Source: Opitutus sp. (lineage in GTDB: Bacteria > Verrucomicrobiota > Verrucomicrobiia > Opitutales > Opitutaceae). From it: a stretch of 64,000 nucleotides of DNA. The stretch spans positions 1 through 64,000 of the forward strand of contig JBDSSD010000123.1 in assembly GCA_039928945.1 (NCBI GenBank), read 5' to 3'. Below the pieces are notes generated by a model. The model was not told where the DNA came from and did no database searches. It was given only the letters and a program-made list of their open reading frames with translations. Position 1 is the stretch's first letter, and each line of letters opens with the position of its first letter. Positions 37,715-46,507 of the stretch are shown here, in pieces. The translations under genes were made by a program, and so were the position numbers.

Positions 37715-38866
37715 TTACGGGCGAATGATCTCGTTCAAATGATAGTCGCCGTCTTTGAAGCCGAGGATGTAGGCGGGCTTCAACTGATCGCGCTGTTCAT
37801 TGATGGTCAAGGGCCCGCCAACGCCAGCGAGATTTCGGGTGGTGGCAAGGGCGTCGCGTATCTTTTGCGGATCGGGTCCGCCGGCTCGGGTGATCGCGTC
37901 GGCCAGCATCAGCACGGTGTCGTAAGCATCCGCGGCCACGCCATCGGGGAAGCCGGCGTAGCGCGCGCGAAAATGGCTAATGAATCGCTGCGTCTCGGGG
38001 AGTTTGGATTCAGTGCTAAAATTGTCGCAGTAGTAGGTGTTGCGTAAGGCCGGTCCTCCGAGTCTGAGGAGCTCCGGTGCCGACCAGCCGTCTCCGCCGA
38101 GAATGGGCACCTCGAGTCCGAGTTGCCGTGCCTGGGCGACGATGAGCCCTGCCTCGGTGTAGTAGCCGGGAACGAAAAGTGCGTCCGCACGGGTGGCCTT
38201 GATCGCCGTCAACTGAGCTTTGAAGTCCCGCTCCGCCGAACTGTATTTCTGCTCGACGATGATGGTGCCGCCGCCCGACGTGAACTCCGCAGCAAAAAAC
38301 TTAGCGAGTCCGACCGAATAGGCGTTCGTTGCCTCGGTGAGGAGCGCAACGCGTCTCGCGTTCAATTTCGTGCGCGCGAACTGCGCCATCACGGTGCCTT
38401 GAAAAGGATCGATGAAATGGGCGCGGAAAATATAGGTGCCGACCTGGGTCAGCTTCGGTGCGCTGCCGCTGCTGATCATCGGCACCTTGGCTTGCTGACA
38501 AATCGCCGCGGCCTCGAGAGAGCGACCGGACGATACTTCCCCGAGCACGGCCACCACCTTGTCGCGCGACAAGAGCTTCCGCACTGCGGTCGCCGATTCG
38601 CCCGGCTTGGACTGGTTGTCTTCGAACAGAATTTGAAGCGGGCGACCGAGGACGCCGCCAGCTGCATTTACGTCCTCGAGGCCGAGCCGTACTCCGCGTT
38701 CATACGATTGGCCCCAAGTTGCTTCTTTCCCGGTCAACGAACCATAGGCGCCGATCTTGATGGGCTCCGCGGGGAACGCGGTCGTGGCGAGAGCGATACT
38801 GGGAGCAACGACCAGAACGCTGCGCAACCACTGGCCGAGTGCAAAAATCCGCGGGCAGTCACTCAA
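37715..38866 (-). CDS. Liv-type periplasmic substrate-binding protein, paralog 1
   Basis: A signal peptide is followed by ..IKIGAYGSLTGKEATWGQ.. in a type-I PBP fold. Confidence 0.8.
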   Translation of the reverse strand: MSDCPRIFALGQWLRSVLVVAPSIALATTAFPAEPIKIGAYGSLTGKEATWGQSYERGVRLGLEDVNAAGGVLGRPLQILFEDNQSKPGESATAVRKLLSRDKVVAVLGEVSSGRSLEAAAICQQAKVPMISSGSAPKLTQVGTYIFRAHFIDPFQGTVMAQFARTKLNARRVALLTEATNAYSVGLAKFFAAEFTSGGGTIIVEQKYSSAERDFKAQLTAIKATRADALFVPGYYTEAGLIVAQARQLGLEVPILGGDGWSAPELLRLGGPALRNTYYCDNFSTESKLPETQRFISHFRARYAGFPDGVAADAYDTVLMLADAITRAGGPDPQKIRDALATTRNLAGVGGPLTINEQRDQLKPAYILGFKDGDYHLNEIIRP

Positions 38867-39993
38867 GGCGCGACAGTTTTGAAGAACGTCAGCTTGCCGC
38901 CTTTGATCGCAAGAATGGCCGCGGGCTTTGAGGCATCACGATTTTTGTCGATGTTGGTGACCCCCGTAACGCCGGAGAAATTCTTCGTCGCGGCGAGTGC
39001 ATCGCGCAGTTTGGGGCCGTTGGTTGAACCCGCCCGCTTGAGCGCATCAGCCAGAACGAAGGCGGAATCGTAGCCGAGGGCGGCGAACGCGTCAGGGGTT
39101 TCGTTATTCCATCGAGCCTTGAATTTCTTCACGAACGTTTGGACCGCGGCGTCCTGATTTTCAGGTGAGAAGTGGGTGGAGTAGTAGCAACCCTCCAAGG
39201 CCTCGCCGCCAATCTGCAGCAGCTGCGGCGCTTCCCAACCGTCGCCACCGAAGAACGGCACCGTGATCCCAAGATCGCGGGCCTGTCGAACGATCAACGC
39301 TGCCTCCGTGTAGTAGCTCGGAACGAAGACGGCTTCGGCGCCCGCGGCCTTGACGGCGGTGAGCTGGGCGCGGAAGTCTTTGTCGCCTTCCGAAAAGTTT
39401 TTTTCGGATACGATCTGGCCGCCGCCGGCCGTGAAGGTTTCTCGAAAAAACTTCGCGAGACCGACGCTGTACGCATTCGAAACGCTGGAGAGGACGGCGA
39501 CTTTGGTGGCTTTCAAGTCTTCCTTGGCGAACTTGGCCATCACGGTACCTTGAAAAGGATCGATGAAGCAGACGCGGAAAATGTAGTTTCCCGTTTGCGT
39601 GACCTTGGGATTGGTCGCGGCCGGAGCGATCATGGGAATTTTGTTCGCCTGTGCGACCGGGGCCGCTTCCAAGGAACGTCCGGACGCCACCTCGCCCACG
39701 AGTGCGATCACTTTATCGCGTGCGATCAGTTTCTTTACCGCGGTGGCGGACTCGCCGGGCTTGGTCTGATTGTCTTCGGTGAGCAGTTCAAACTTCTGCC
39801 CGAGCACGCCGCCCGTCGTGTTCAATTCCTCGATCGCGAGGGTCAGGCCTTTATGGGACGACTGGCCGAAACTCGCCTCTTTACCGGTAAGAGAGGCATA
39901 TTCGCCGACTTTGATCGTATCAGCGGCACGGAGGGCTAGGGCGAATACCGGCAAACCCAAAAGGGAACGGAAGAGAAGTCGGGGGAGTTTCAT
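38863..39993 (-). CDS. Liv-type periplasmic substrate-binding protein, paralog 2
   Basis: ..MKLPRLLFRSLLGLPVFALALRAADTIKVGEYASLTGKEASFGQ.. There are long near-identical blocks shared with paralogs 1 and 3 (VCFIDPFQGTVMAKFA). Confidence 0.8.
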   Translation of the reverse strand: MKLPRLLFRSLLGLPVFALALRAADTIKVGEYASLTGKEASFGQSSHKGLTLAIEELNTTGGVLGQKFELLTEDNQTKPGESATAVKKLIARDKVIALVGEVASGRSLEAAPVAQANKIPMIAPAATNPKVTQTGNYIFRVCFIDPFQGTVMAKFAKEDLKATKVAVLSSVSNAYSVGLAKFFRETFTAGGGQIVSEKNFSEGDKDFRAQLTAVKAAGAEAVFVPSYYTEAALIVRQARDLGITVPFFGGDGWEAPQLLQIGGEALEGCYYSTHFSPENQDAAVQTFVKKFKARWNNETPDAFAALGYDSAFVLADALKRAGSTNGPKLRDALAATKNFSGVTGVTNIDKNRDASKPAAILAIKGGKLTFFKTVAP

Positions 39994-40062
39994 AGAAGGA
40001 TTCGCGCCAGGGCGCAGCAATTTTGGGAAGGTAGTGCCGAACGCCGGCCTGAGGTGAGGCGC

Positions 40063-41202
40063 TTACGGAGCGATGCTTTCAACGAACTGAAACGCGCCGT
40101 TCTTCACGGTGATGATGACCGCGTTTTTCGAGGCGTCGCGTTTTTCGTTGATCGTGATGTTACCCGTGACCGCTGCAAAATTTTTGGTGGCCGCGAGCGC
40201 ATCACGGATTTTGGCGCGGTCGGTTGAACCGGCTCGCTTGATGGCGTCGACCAGGACCAAGACCGAATCGTAGCCGAGGGAGGCATTCGAATCCGGAGCG
40301 AAGCTATTTCCCCAGCGGGCCTTGTAGGCGGAGACGAATTCCTGCACGCGCGGGGATGGATCCTGCGGCGAATAGTGCGAGCAGAGGAACGCGCCCTCCA
40401 CGGCCTTTCCGCCTAATTCCATCAACGCTTCGGCTTCCCAGCTGTCGCCGCCGAACACGGGCACGGTGATCGCGAGATCACGGGCTTGTTTCACGATCAG
40501 CGCGCCCTCGTTGTAGTAACCGGGCGAAAAGATGGCGTCCACGCCCGCGGCTTTGATGGAGGTGAGTTGGGCTTTGAAATCCTTGTCGCCCTCGGCGTAC
40601 TTCGGTTCGGCGACAACCTGCCCGCCGCCGGCGAGGAACGCTTCCTTGAAGTATTTTGCGAGGCCCACGCTGTAGGCCGAGGAGGAGCTGGAAAGAATCG
40701 CGATGCGTTTTGCCTTAAGGGTGTTGAGCGCGAACTTCGCCATGACGGGCCCTTGGAACGGATCGATGAAGCAGACGCGAAAAATATAATCGCCGATCTC
40801 GGTGACCTTCGGATTGGTCGAAGCCGGCGTGATCATCGGCACTTTCGCGCGTTGGGCGACAGGAGCGCCTTCGAGTGATCGGCTTGATGCAACCTCGCCG
40901 AGAATCGCGACCACCTTGTCTCGTGAAATCAACTTCCGGACGGCAGTGCCGCTTTCTCCCGCTTTTGACTGGGTGTCTTCAGTGATGAGCTCGAGTTTCT
41001 TGCCGAGTACGCCACCGGCAGCGTTAATGACTTCCACCGCGAGCACGGTGCCTTGATGGGATGACTGGCCGAGGCTGGCTTCCTTTCCTGTGATCGAGGC
41101 GTACTCGCCGACCTTGATTGTGTCAGACGCGGCGAAGGCCGATGAGGCGAGCAGCGCGCTGATAGAAAAGGTGCGCAGTGAACGAAAAACGGAAGACGTC
41201 AT
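40063..41202 (-). CDS. Liv-type periplasmic substrate-binding protein, paralog 3
   Basis: MTSSVFRSLRTFSISALLASSAFAASDTIKVGEYASITGKEASLGQ.. The ATG at 41200-41202 was verified. Confidence 0.8.
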   Translation of the reverse strand: MTSSVFRSLRTFSISALLASSAFAASDTIKVGEYASITGKEASLGQSSHQGTVLAVEVINAAGGVLGKKLELITEDTQSKAGESGTAVRKLISRDKVVAILGEVASSRSLEGAPVAQRAKVPMITPASTNPKVTEIGDYIFRVCFIDPFQGPVMAKFALNTLKAKRIAILSSSSSAYSVGLAKYFKEAFLAGGGQVVAEPKYAEGDKDFKAQLTSIKAAGVDAIFSPGYYNEGALIVKQARDLAITVPVFGGDSWEAEALMELGGKAVEGAFLCSHYSPQDPSPRVQEFVSAYKARWGNSFAPDSNASLGYDSVLVLVDAIKRAGSTDRAKIRDALAATKNFAAVTGNITINEKRDASKNAVIITVKNGAFQFVESIAP

Positions 41203-41366
41203 GGAATTTTCTCTGGCGAAGGACCGGCGGGACACAACGGTACGTAAAGCAGGTTTTCAACCAAACTGTTATGCCCTTCGTGCGGGGAAGGTGTGATGAG
41301 TTCCCACAAAGAGGAGCGACGGATTGGGTTTTGCTTTTGGAACGCGTCCTCGTTTGATCACGTGAC

Positions 41367-42476
41367 TTGAGCACGTTTGACCGACATTTGCTGCGGGAGT
41401 GGCTGACGATTCTTGGGCTGGTGTTGTGCGCGATGATCGGACTTTTGCTGGTTCAGGTGCTTTACGATGATTTCCGATCGTTGAGGGAAGTCGGAGCGCG
41501 GGCGTTGGACCTGCTGATGTACATCGCGGTTACCATTCCCAGTTATCTCGCGCTCGTGTTGCCGCTGGCGCTGCTGGTTTCGCTGATGTTTGTGCTCGGC
41601 AAACTCCACCGTGCCAACGAACTCACGGCGTTGCGTGCCGCTGGAGTAGGGTTCATGCGGATGACGGCGCCGGTGTGGGTGCTCGGCGTGGCGGCCTGCG
41701 GACTTTCCTGGTGGTTGAACACCCGGGTGGTGCCATGGTCCGTCAAAGAATCGGCCGAACTGCGGGACAATTTGCTGTTTCGCAAGGAATCCGGTTCGCA
41801 GACGCCGGATCGCGTGGGCGCGGTGTACAGCGTTGGGTTCGATAATCCGCAGGCCGGACGGATGTGGTTCTTCAATCGTTACAGCGCGTTCACGCAGCGA
41901 GGTTACGGCGTGACGGTGTCGCTGCTCGATGATCGTCGACGCGAGGCGACGCGCATCGTGGCTACAAGTGCGACTTTCGATCCCGGACGCGGTTGGGTTT
42001 TCATGAACGGACGTGAGCTTACGTTCCGGGTAGATACCGGCGAGATGCAGGCCAGTGTGCCGTTCGCCGAGAAGGCTGAGCCTGGCTTCCGGGAAGATCC
42101 GCAGCTGATGCTTTTGATCGATCGGAAGCCGAGCGATCTCTCGCTGCCACAGTTGCGCAACCTCATCGATTATTTCGCCATTGCGAAAAATCCAAAAGGA
42201 ACGCGGTACGCAGTGCGGTATTTCGGTTTGATTGCCGATACGATCGCTCCGCTGATTGTGATCGCCATTGCGATTCCGTTCGCGGTTACCGGTGTTCGCG
42301 TGAATCCCGCGGTGGGCGTCTCGAAATCGATCGGGTTGTTTTTCGTGTACTACATTCTCGCGACGACGGCGTCGGCTTTGGCGACGAAACAGATTTTGGA
42401 TCCGATGATGGCAGCGTGGCTGCCGAATATTGGCATGACGGCGCTAGCTACGTGGTTCTTTATCCGGTTGCGGTAG
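41367..42476 (+). CDS. LptF/LptG-family LPS export permease
   Basis: ..FDRHLLREWLTILGLVLCAMIGLLLVQVLYDDF.. is YjgP/YjgQ-like. The track start is TTG. Confidence 0.8.
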   Translation: MSTFDRHLLREWLTILGLVLCAMIGLLLVQVLYDDFRSLREVGARALDLLMYIAVTIPSYLALVLPLALLVSLMFVLGKLHRANELTALRAAGVGFMRMTAPVWVLGVAACGLSWWLNTRVVPWSVKESAELRDNLLFRKESGSQTPDRVGAVYSVGFDNPQAGRMWFFNRYSAFTQRGYGVTVSLLDDRRREATRIVATSATFDPGRGWVFMNGRELTFRVDTGEMQASVPFAEKAEPGFREDPQLMLLIDRKPSDLSLPQLRNLIDYFAIAKNPKGTRYAVRYFGLIADTIAPLIVIAIAIPFAVTGVRVNPAVGVSKSIGLFFVYYILATTASALATKQILDPMMAAWLPNIGMTALATWFFIRLR

Positions 42477-42533
42477 CGGTGCGCGCACGGAGCGGCAATC
42501 GATCGTTCGACGGCGAGAAGCGGACCGTTTCGT

Positions 42534-42950
42534 TCAGTTCAGGAATCCCAGGCGACGCCAGACGGCGTTGCTCGGCCACAGCATGATCGTCCAGACCACG
42601 ACGCAATTGATGTAGCTCAGAAATACGGCTGCGCTGGCCATGTCTTTGATTCTTTTGGCAAGCGGATGCTTTTCGGGTCGGAGATAATCGATGACCCACT
42701 CGATGGCTGAGTTGAGCAGTTCAACGATTAGGATGAGGATCAGTGACGCGATCATGAGCCCGGTGCTCACGGCGTTGACGGGGAGTATGATTGCCAGCGG
42801 AACGAGCAAGAGCGCAAAGATGAGGTCCTCGCGGAATGACGGCTCGTGTTGAAGCGCGGCGGTGAACCCGTCGATCGAATACCGAATGGAGGCCAGGAAG
42901 TTTCGAAAACTACGCCGTTTGATTTCGGGCGACTCACCAGGTGTGGCCAT
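42534..42950 (-). CDS. dgkA: diacylglycerol kinase (prokaryotic DgkA family)
   Basis: ..ASLILILIVELLNSAIEWVIDYLRPEKHPLAKRIKDMASAAVFL.. carries the DAGK_prokar signature. Confidence 0.85.
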   Translation of the reverse strand: MATPGESPEIKRRSFRNFLASIRYSIDGFTAALQHEPSFREDLIFALLLVPLAIILPVNAVSTGLMIASLILILIVELLNSAIEWVIDYLRPEKHPLAKRIKDMASAAVFLSYINCVVVWTIMLWPSNAVWRRLGFLN

Positions 42951-43023
42951 TCCTCAGAGTACGCCGACGATTTCGACGGCGGAAAGCTAGAAGTTCGGCC
43001 GAGCTTGATGCGGCGGCCGGCGA

Positions 43024-43659
43024 TTACGAAGCGAGGAGCGTCGGAAAACGGCTGCGGCGAGCACTTCGCTTCATACCAATCGCCGCACACGCTACATCGA
43101 TAGCCGCGTCGCGGTACCCAACAAACTCAAGAACCCGAGCAAGGAAGCGCCGCTTGGTCGCTGTATCGATATTCATGATCGCCCAGTAGGGCGTCCCATC
43201 GATCTGGCGGGCTTGGTTGTGCCGACACGTCTCGACAATTTCCTCACGACTCATGCCCAAGTAGCGGCGACCCGTTTCCATGCTGCGGATGAACTCGCCG
43301 AAATCAGCAGGGTGGCGCGACGCAATCCAGCTGAGAAGAGCCAGATATTTTTCCGCGTCCGTAAACTTGGCTCTGAATTCCGAGCTGAGGACGAAACCGG
43401 CCAGCGGTTCGGCCGCATCAGGCGCGCCCGACGGAACGTGCAGCAGAGAGGCGAGGACCTCTCCAGGTGTCCGGTGAAAGCCCGTCGCAAGTTCCTGCAG
43501 CGCAGCGTACACCTCGTCGCTGATCTCGATCGTTTTCACGACCGTACGTTGAACCGGTTTGATCGGTTTCGCCAATTTGATCTCGACCAAAGTAGAAATA
43601 ATCGCGGCAAATGCCCGTGTCGGAGCGACTAACGAGGGGCGGCCAGATGGGGTAAACAT
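43024..43659 (-). CDS. SeqA-like protein (homolog of the hemimethylated-GATC-binding negative regulator of replication initiation)
   Basis: The N-domain aligns with E. coli SeqA (MKTIEVDDELYSYIAS..ASDILRRML): VKTIEISDEVYAALQ..PGEVLASLL. The C-domain also aligns (..GTPYWVITNTNTGRK..IEKVCGTI): ..DGTPYWAIMNIDTATKRR..IDVACAAIG. The likely true start is GTG at 43539 (VKTIE), which gives about 172 aa against 181 aa for SeqA. The track ORF adds 40 aa upstream. Confidence 0.75.
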   Translation of the reverse strand: MFTPSGRPSLVAPTRAFAAIISTLVEIKLAKPIKPVQRTVVKTIEISDEVYAALQELATGFHRTPGEVLASLLHVPSGAPDAAEPLAGFVLSSEFRAKFTDAEKYLALLSWIASRHPADFGEFIRSMETGRRYLGMSREEIVETCRHNQARQIDGTPYWAIMNIDTATKRRFLARVLEFVGYRDAAIDVACAAIGMKRSARRSRFPTLLAS

Positions 43660-43687
43660 TCGGGGGCGGAAGGCGTCTCAGTAGCGT

Positions 43688-44164
43688 ATGAAATCGTTAC
43701 TCCTCACCCTAACCCTCGCGACAGCTGCCGTCAGCACGTCGCAGGCTCAATACTATCGTCCGTCGGTCGTTCGCGACACGACGGTCTTGGGGGCAGTGGC
43801 GGGTGCTTTAATCGGCGGTCACAACAATGATCACTGGGCGCAAGGCGCGGTAATTGGTGCAGCGGCCGGTGCGTTGATCGGCTCTGCCATTGATGACTCC
43901 GGTCCTCGCTATCAGAGCCGCGAAATTCGCCAGGTTGAAATGGCTCCTTGCGCTCCCGTTTATGGCAGTGCTCCCGCCGTGGGTTACGGCTACCCACCGG
44001 CTGTTGTCTACGCTCCGGCTCCTCGCGTCGTTTACGTTCAGCCCTATCCGCGGACCATCATCGTAGGCCGTCCAGGCGTCTACATCACGGACAACCGTTA
44101 TTACGGTCACGGTTACCGTGGCCATGATCACCGCCGCGATCGGCGTGATAATCGCCGTTGGTAG
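43688..44164 (+). CDS. secreted glycine-zipper (YMGG-like) protein
   Basis: A signal peptide (MKSLLLTLTLATAAVSTSQA) is followed by ..LGAVAGALIGGHNNDHWAQGAVIGAAAGALIGSAI.. Confidence 0.65.
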   Translation: MKSLLLTLTLATAAVSTSQAQYYRPSVVRDTTVLGAVAGALIGGHNNDHWAQGAVIGAAAGALIGSAIDDSGPRYQSREIRQVEMAPCAPVYGSAPAVGYGYPPAVVYAPAPRVVYVQPYPRTIIVGRPGVYITDNRYYGHGYRGHDHRRDRRDNRRW

Positions 44165-44192
44165 GTTCCTTCCTCTAAAATAAAAGGATTCA

Positions 44193-44224
44193 GCAACCCC
44201 GCACCGGCGGGGTTGCTTTTTTTG
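44193..44224 (+). terminator. Rho-independent terminator (GCAACCCCGC-ACCG-GCGGGGTTGC + T8)
   Basis: A perfect 10-bp stem and a T-tract were verified in the sequence. Confidence 0.75.
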
Positions 44225-44440
44225 TGCCCAAAGGACGAGGTGAAAGTCCGAATTCGGAGAAGTCGTTTACGATCCCATCATAGGATCGGTCCTGTTTGTA
44301 AACCTGGAGGATCCGGGCGTGCTCATGGTCGCTCGTGGGAAAGATTTTCGGCGGCTCGCCCGGAAGGAAAATCCCGGTGTAGGCACGATGGCGATCTACG
44401 AGGCGACGGATGACGAGCATAACGATAGCGGTGCACCGCT

Positions 44441-45004
44441 TTACGATTTCAGCAAATAACGCCGAACCAACCGGTATATAGCACCAGCTGGGTGAAGGGT
44501 AGTCGCAAACAAATCGAATGCCTCAACCATGAACGTGGGCCCAGCGAAGTTCCGATGAGTACGGACCCACGCGTTGACGGCCGCCGAGGCGAGCTCCGTG
44601 CAACGACCAACCGTAACATGCGGATGAAAGGTTCGGATTTCGGTCGGGAGACCTGCGGCCAAAAGGGTGTCATCAATCTGCTGTCGTAATTGGTAGAGCC
44701 GGGGATGACCTGAGCCAACGCCAACCCACAGGACGCGCGGCGGACCTTTGGTGGGGAAAACTCCACCGCTTTCGAGTGGCAAAGGGAAGGAATCAACGCG
44801 CACCGACGCCAGCCGTTCGACCAGTTCGTCGCGAGATTCCACGGATATGTCGCCCAGAAATCGAACGGTGACGTGAAGCTTTTCGACGGGCGTCCAACGC
44901 ACGTCGTGTAGCGGCGTAGTCAGTCCGGCGACAACGGTTTTGACGGCGTCGGGCAGCGACAAAGCGATGAACAGCCTCTCGGTGATGACGTCGGACGCTG
45001 CCAT
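44441..45004 (-). CDS. thpR: RNA 2',3'-cyclic phosphodiesterase (2H phosphoesterase, LigT/ThpR family)
   Basis: It has two HxT motifs (..LHVTVRFLG.. and ..HPHVTVGRC..). Confidence 0.8.
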   Translation of the reverse strand: MAASDVITERLFIALSLPDAVKTVVAGLTTPLHDVRWTPVEKLHVTVRFLGDISVESRDELVERLASVRVDSFPLPLESGGVFPTKGPPRVLWVGVGSGHPRLYQLRQQIDDTLLAAGLPTEIRTFHPHVTVGRCTELASAAVNAWVRTHRNFAGPTFMVEAFDLFATTLHPAGAIYRLVRRYLLKS

Positions 45005-45037
45005 GTCCGTACGTTATCCGAACCCGGCTTTGCGCAA

Positions 45038-45655
45038 TTATGCCCAGTTGAAATTGAAACTGATGCTGATGCGTTCGTCGTCGACGCGATTGGCCGCCAC
45101 TTCGTGCCGAAGCCAGCTTTCGAAGAGGATGAGGTTGCCCGCTTCGGCCGGGTACGTGACGTGGGCGCGATTCGCGGGTTTAGCGTTCGGGAGCTTGGGC
45201 GGAGCGGCCATGAATTTGCTCAGCCGCGGGTCCTCGAACTTCAACCCGGGACAGCCAGCGGGCGTAACGACGTAGTAGGTTCCGCTCAAGAAAGACAGTG
45301 GGTGCAAATGCAGCGAGTGAGCGGCCGTGGGTGGCATGATGTTGACCCAGCAATCGGTCATGCGAATCGAGCGACCGCGCAAATCCATCTCGAGCGAACG
45401 CGCGAAGGCGCGCACGTGTCGCGTGATCTTTTTTTCAAGGTCAGTGAAGCTGCTGGAAAATCGGTGCAGCTCATTCAGCGACGCGTAGCTCGTATAGCCG
45501 CCCGGATAATTTTTCTCGGACCAGCGACGACCAGCCACGTCGAAGTCGCGCAACTGCCGACACTCGGCCGCAAGACTGTCATTCAACCGATCGAGGCCCG
45601 AGTGCTGCAGGGGTTCGGAATAAATGTACGTGGGAAACCAGGCGCGAACGGGCAT
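45038..45655 (-). CDS. TIGR02466-family protein (2OG-Fe(II) oxygenase-superfamily, PhyH-like)
   Basis: ..MPVRAWFPTYIYSEPLQ.. and the C-terminal ..LILFESWLRHEV.. motif are present. Confidence 0.6.
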   Translation of the reverse strand: MPVRAWFPTYIYSEPLQHSGLDRLNDSLAAECRQLRDFDVAGRRWSEKNYPGGYTSYASLNELHRFSSSFTDLEKKITRHVRAFARSLEMDLRGRSIRMTDCWVNIMPPTAAHSLHLHPLSFLSGTYYVVTPAGCPGLKFEDPRLSKFMAAPPKLPNAKPANRAHVTYPAEAGNLILFESWLRHEVAANRVDDERISISFNFNWA

Positions 45656-45726
45656 GGCCTCGAGCAGAAATATTTCGCGGCAAACTTCAACTGGCAACGT
45701 CGCTCCGGCAAGGCCGTGGGCTTAGC

Positions 45727-46497
45727 TTAGCGATACGCGATGACGAACAAACGTCGGAACGGAAACAGAACCTTGCCGTCGTTCTGTGGCGGAAATGCTC
45801 GGGTGATTTCATCGAGGTAGTCGTCGCAAAAACGGGTCCGCGCAACCTCGTCCGGCAAAGCATCGAGCCACGGTCGCAGCCCCGTCCCACGGTACCATTC
45901 GACGATGGCGTCAGGTCCCGGCATTACGTGAAAGTACTCCGTCGTCCACAGGTCCACCGTGCGGGAGCAGGTGGCGAGTGAATCATAGTAGAACGACGGC
46001 TCCTCTACGTGCCATTCGCGTACGGCTGAACGGAATTGGTGACGCCATCGATCGGACGAGCTAATCGAGCGAATGAGCTGATGGCCCGGTGCGTCGAAAT
46101 TCGCTGGCACTTGGAAGGCGAGCGCGCCGCCCGGAACGACGCATTTCATGAGCCGCGGCAGCAGCGATGCATGATCGGGCACCCACTGCAGCGCGGCGTT
46201 GGAAAATATCACGTCGTACGGTGTGGTGGTGGACCATGTCGCGATGTCACCCACGCTCCAGGTGATCGAGGAGGACGACCGGCGAGACGACTCGACCATC
46301 GCAGCGGAGGAATCGAGTCCGGTTAGTTCCGCTGCGGGCCAACGGAGAGCGACGACCGCAGTGCTGTTTCCTGGACCGCAGCCGAGATCGATTACCCGGC
46401 TCGGTGACTGGACTGAGATTCGCGCCGCGAGGTCTTCCGCGGGACGGGTTCGCTCCGCGACGAATCGCAGGTACTGGTTGCTGTCCCACGACGGCAT
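45727..46497 (-). CDS. tam: trans-aconitate 2-methyltransferase
   Basis: MPSWDSNQYLRFVAERTRPAEDL..VIDLGCGPGNST.. is the classic Tam N-terminus with a SAM-binding motif. Confidence 0.85.
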   Translation of the reverse strand: MPSWDSNQYLRFVAERTRPAEDLAARISVQSPSRVIDLGCGPGNSTAVVALRWPAAELTGLDSSAAMVESSRRSSSSITWSVGDIATWSTTTPYDVIFSNAALQWVPDHASLLPRLMKCVVPGGALAFQVPANFDAPGHQLIRSISSSDRWRHQFRSAVREWHVEEPSFYYDSLATCSRTVDLWTTEYFHVMPGPDAIVEWYRGTGLRPWLDALPDEVARTRFCDDYLDEITRAFPPQNDGKVLFPFRRLFVIAYR

Positions 46498-46507
46498 GCT
46501 CGGAGCG

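Noticed and set aside
43540-43659. 40-aa N-terminal extension of the SeqA-like ORF (MFTPSGRPSLVAPTRAFAAIISTLVEIKLAKPIKPVQRTV)
   Set aside because: It has no counterpart in SeqA. An in-frame GTG at VKTIE reproduces the canonical MKTIE start, so the extension is probably an ORF-caller artefact. It is not excluded.
44213-44413. 66-aa plus-strand ORF after the Gly-zipper gene terminator
   Set aside because: It starts inside the terminator hairpin and is Arg-rich with no motif. It is likely non-coding.
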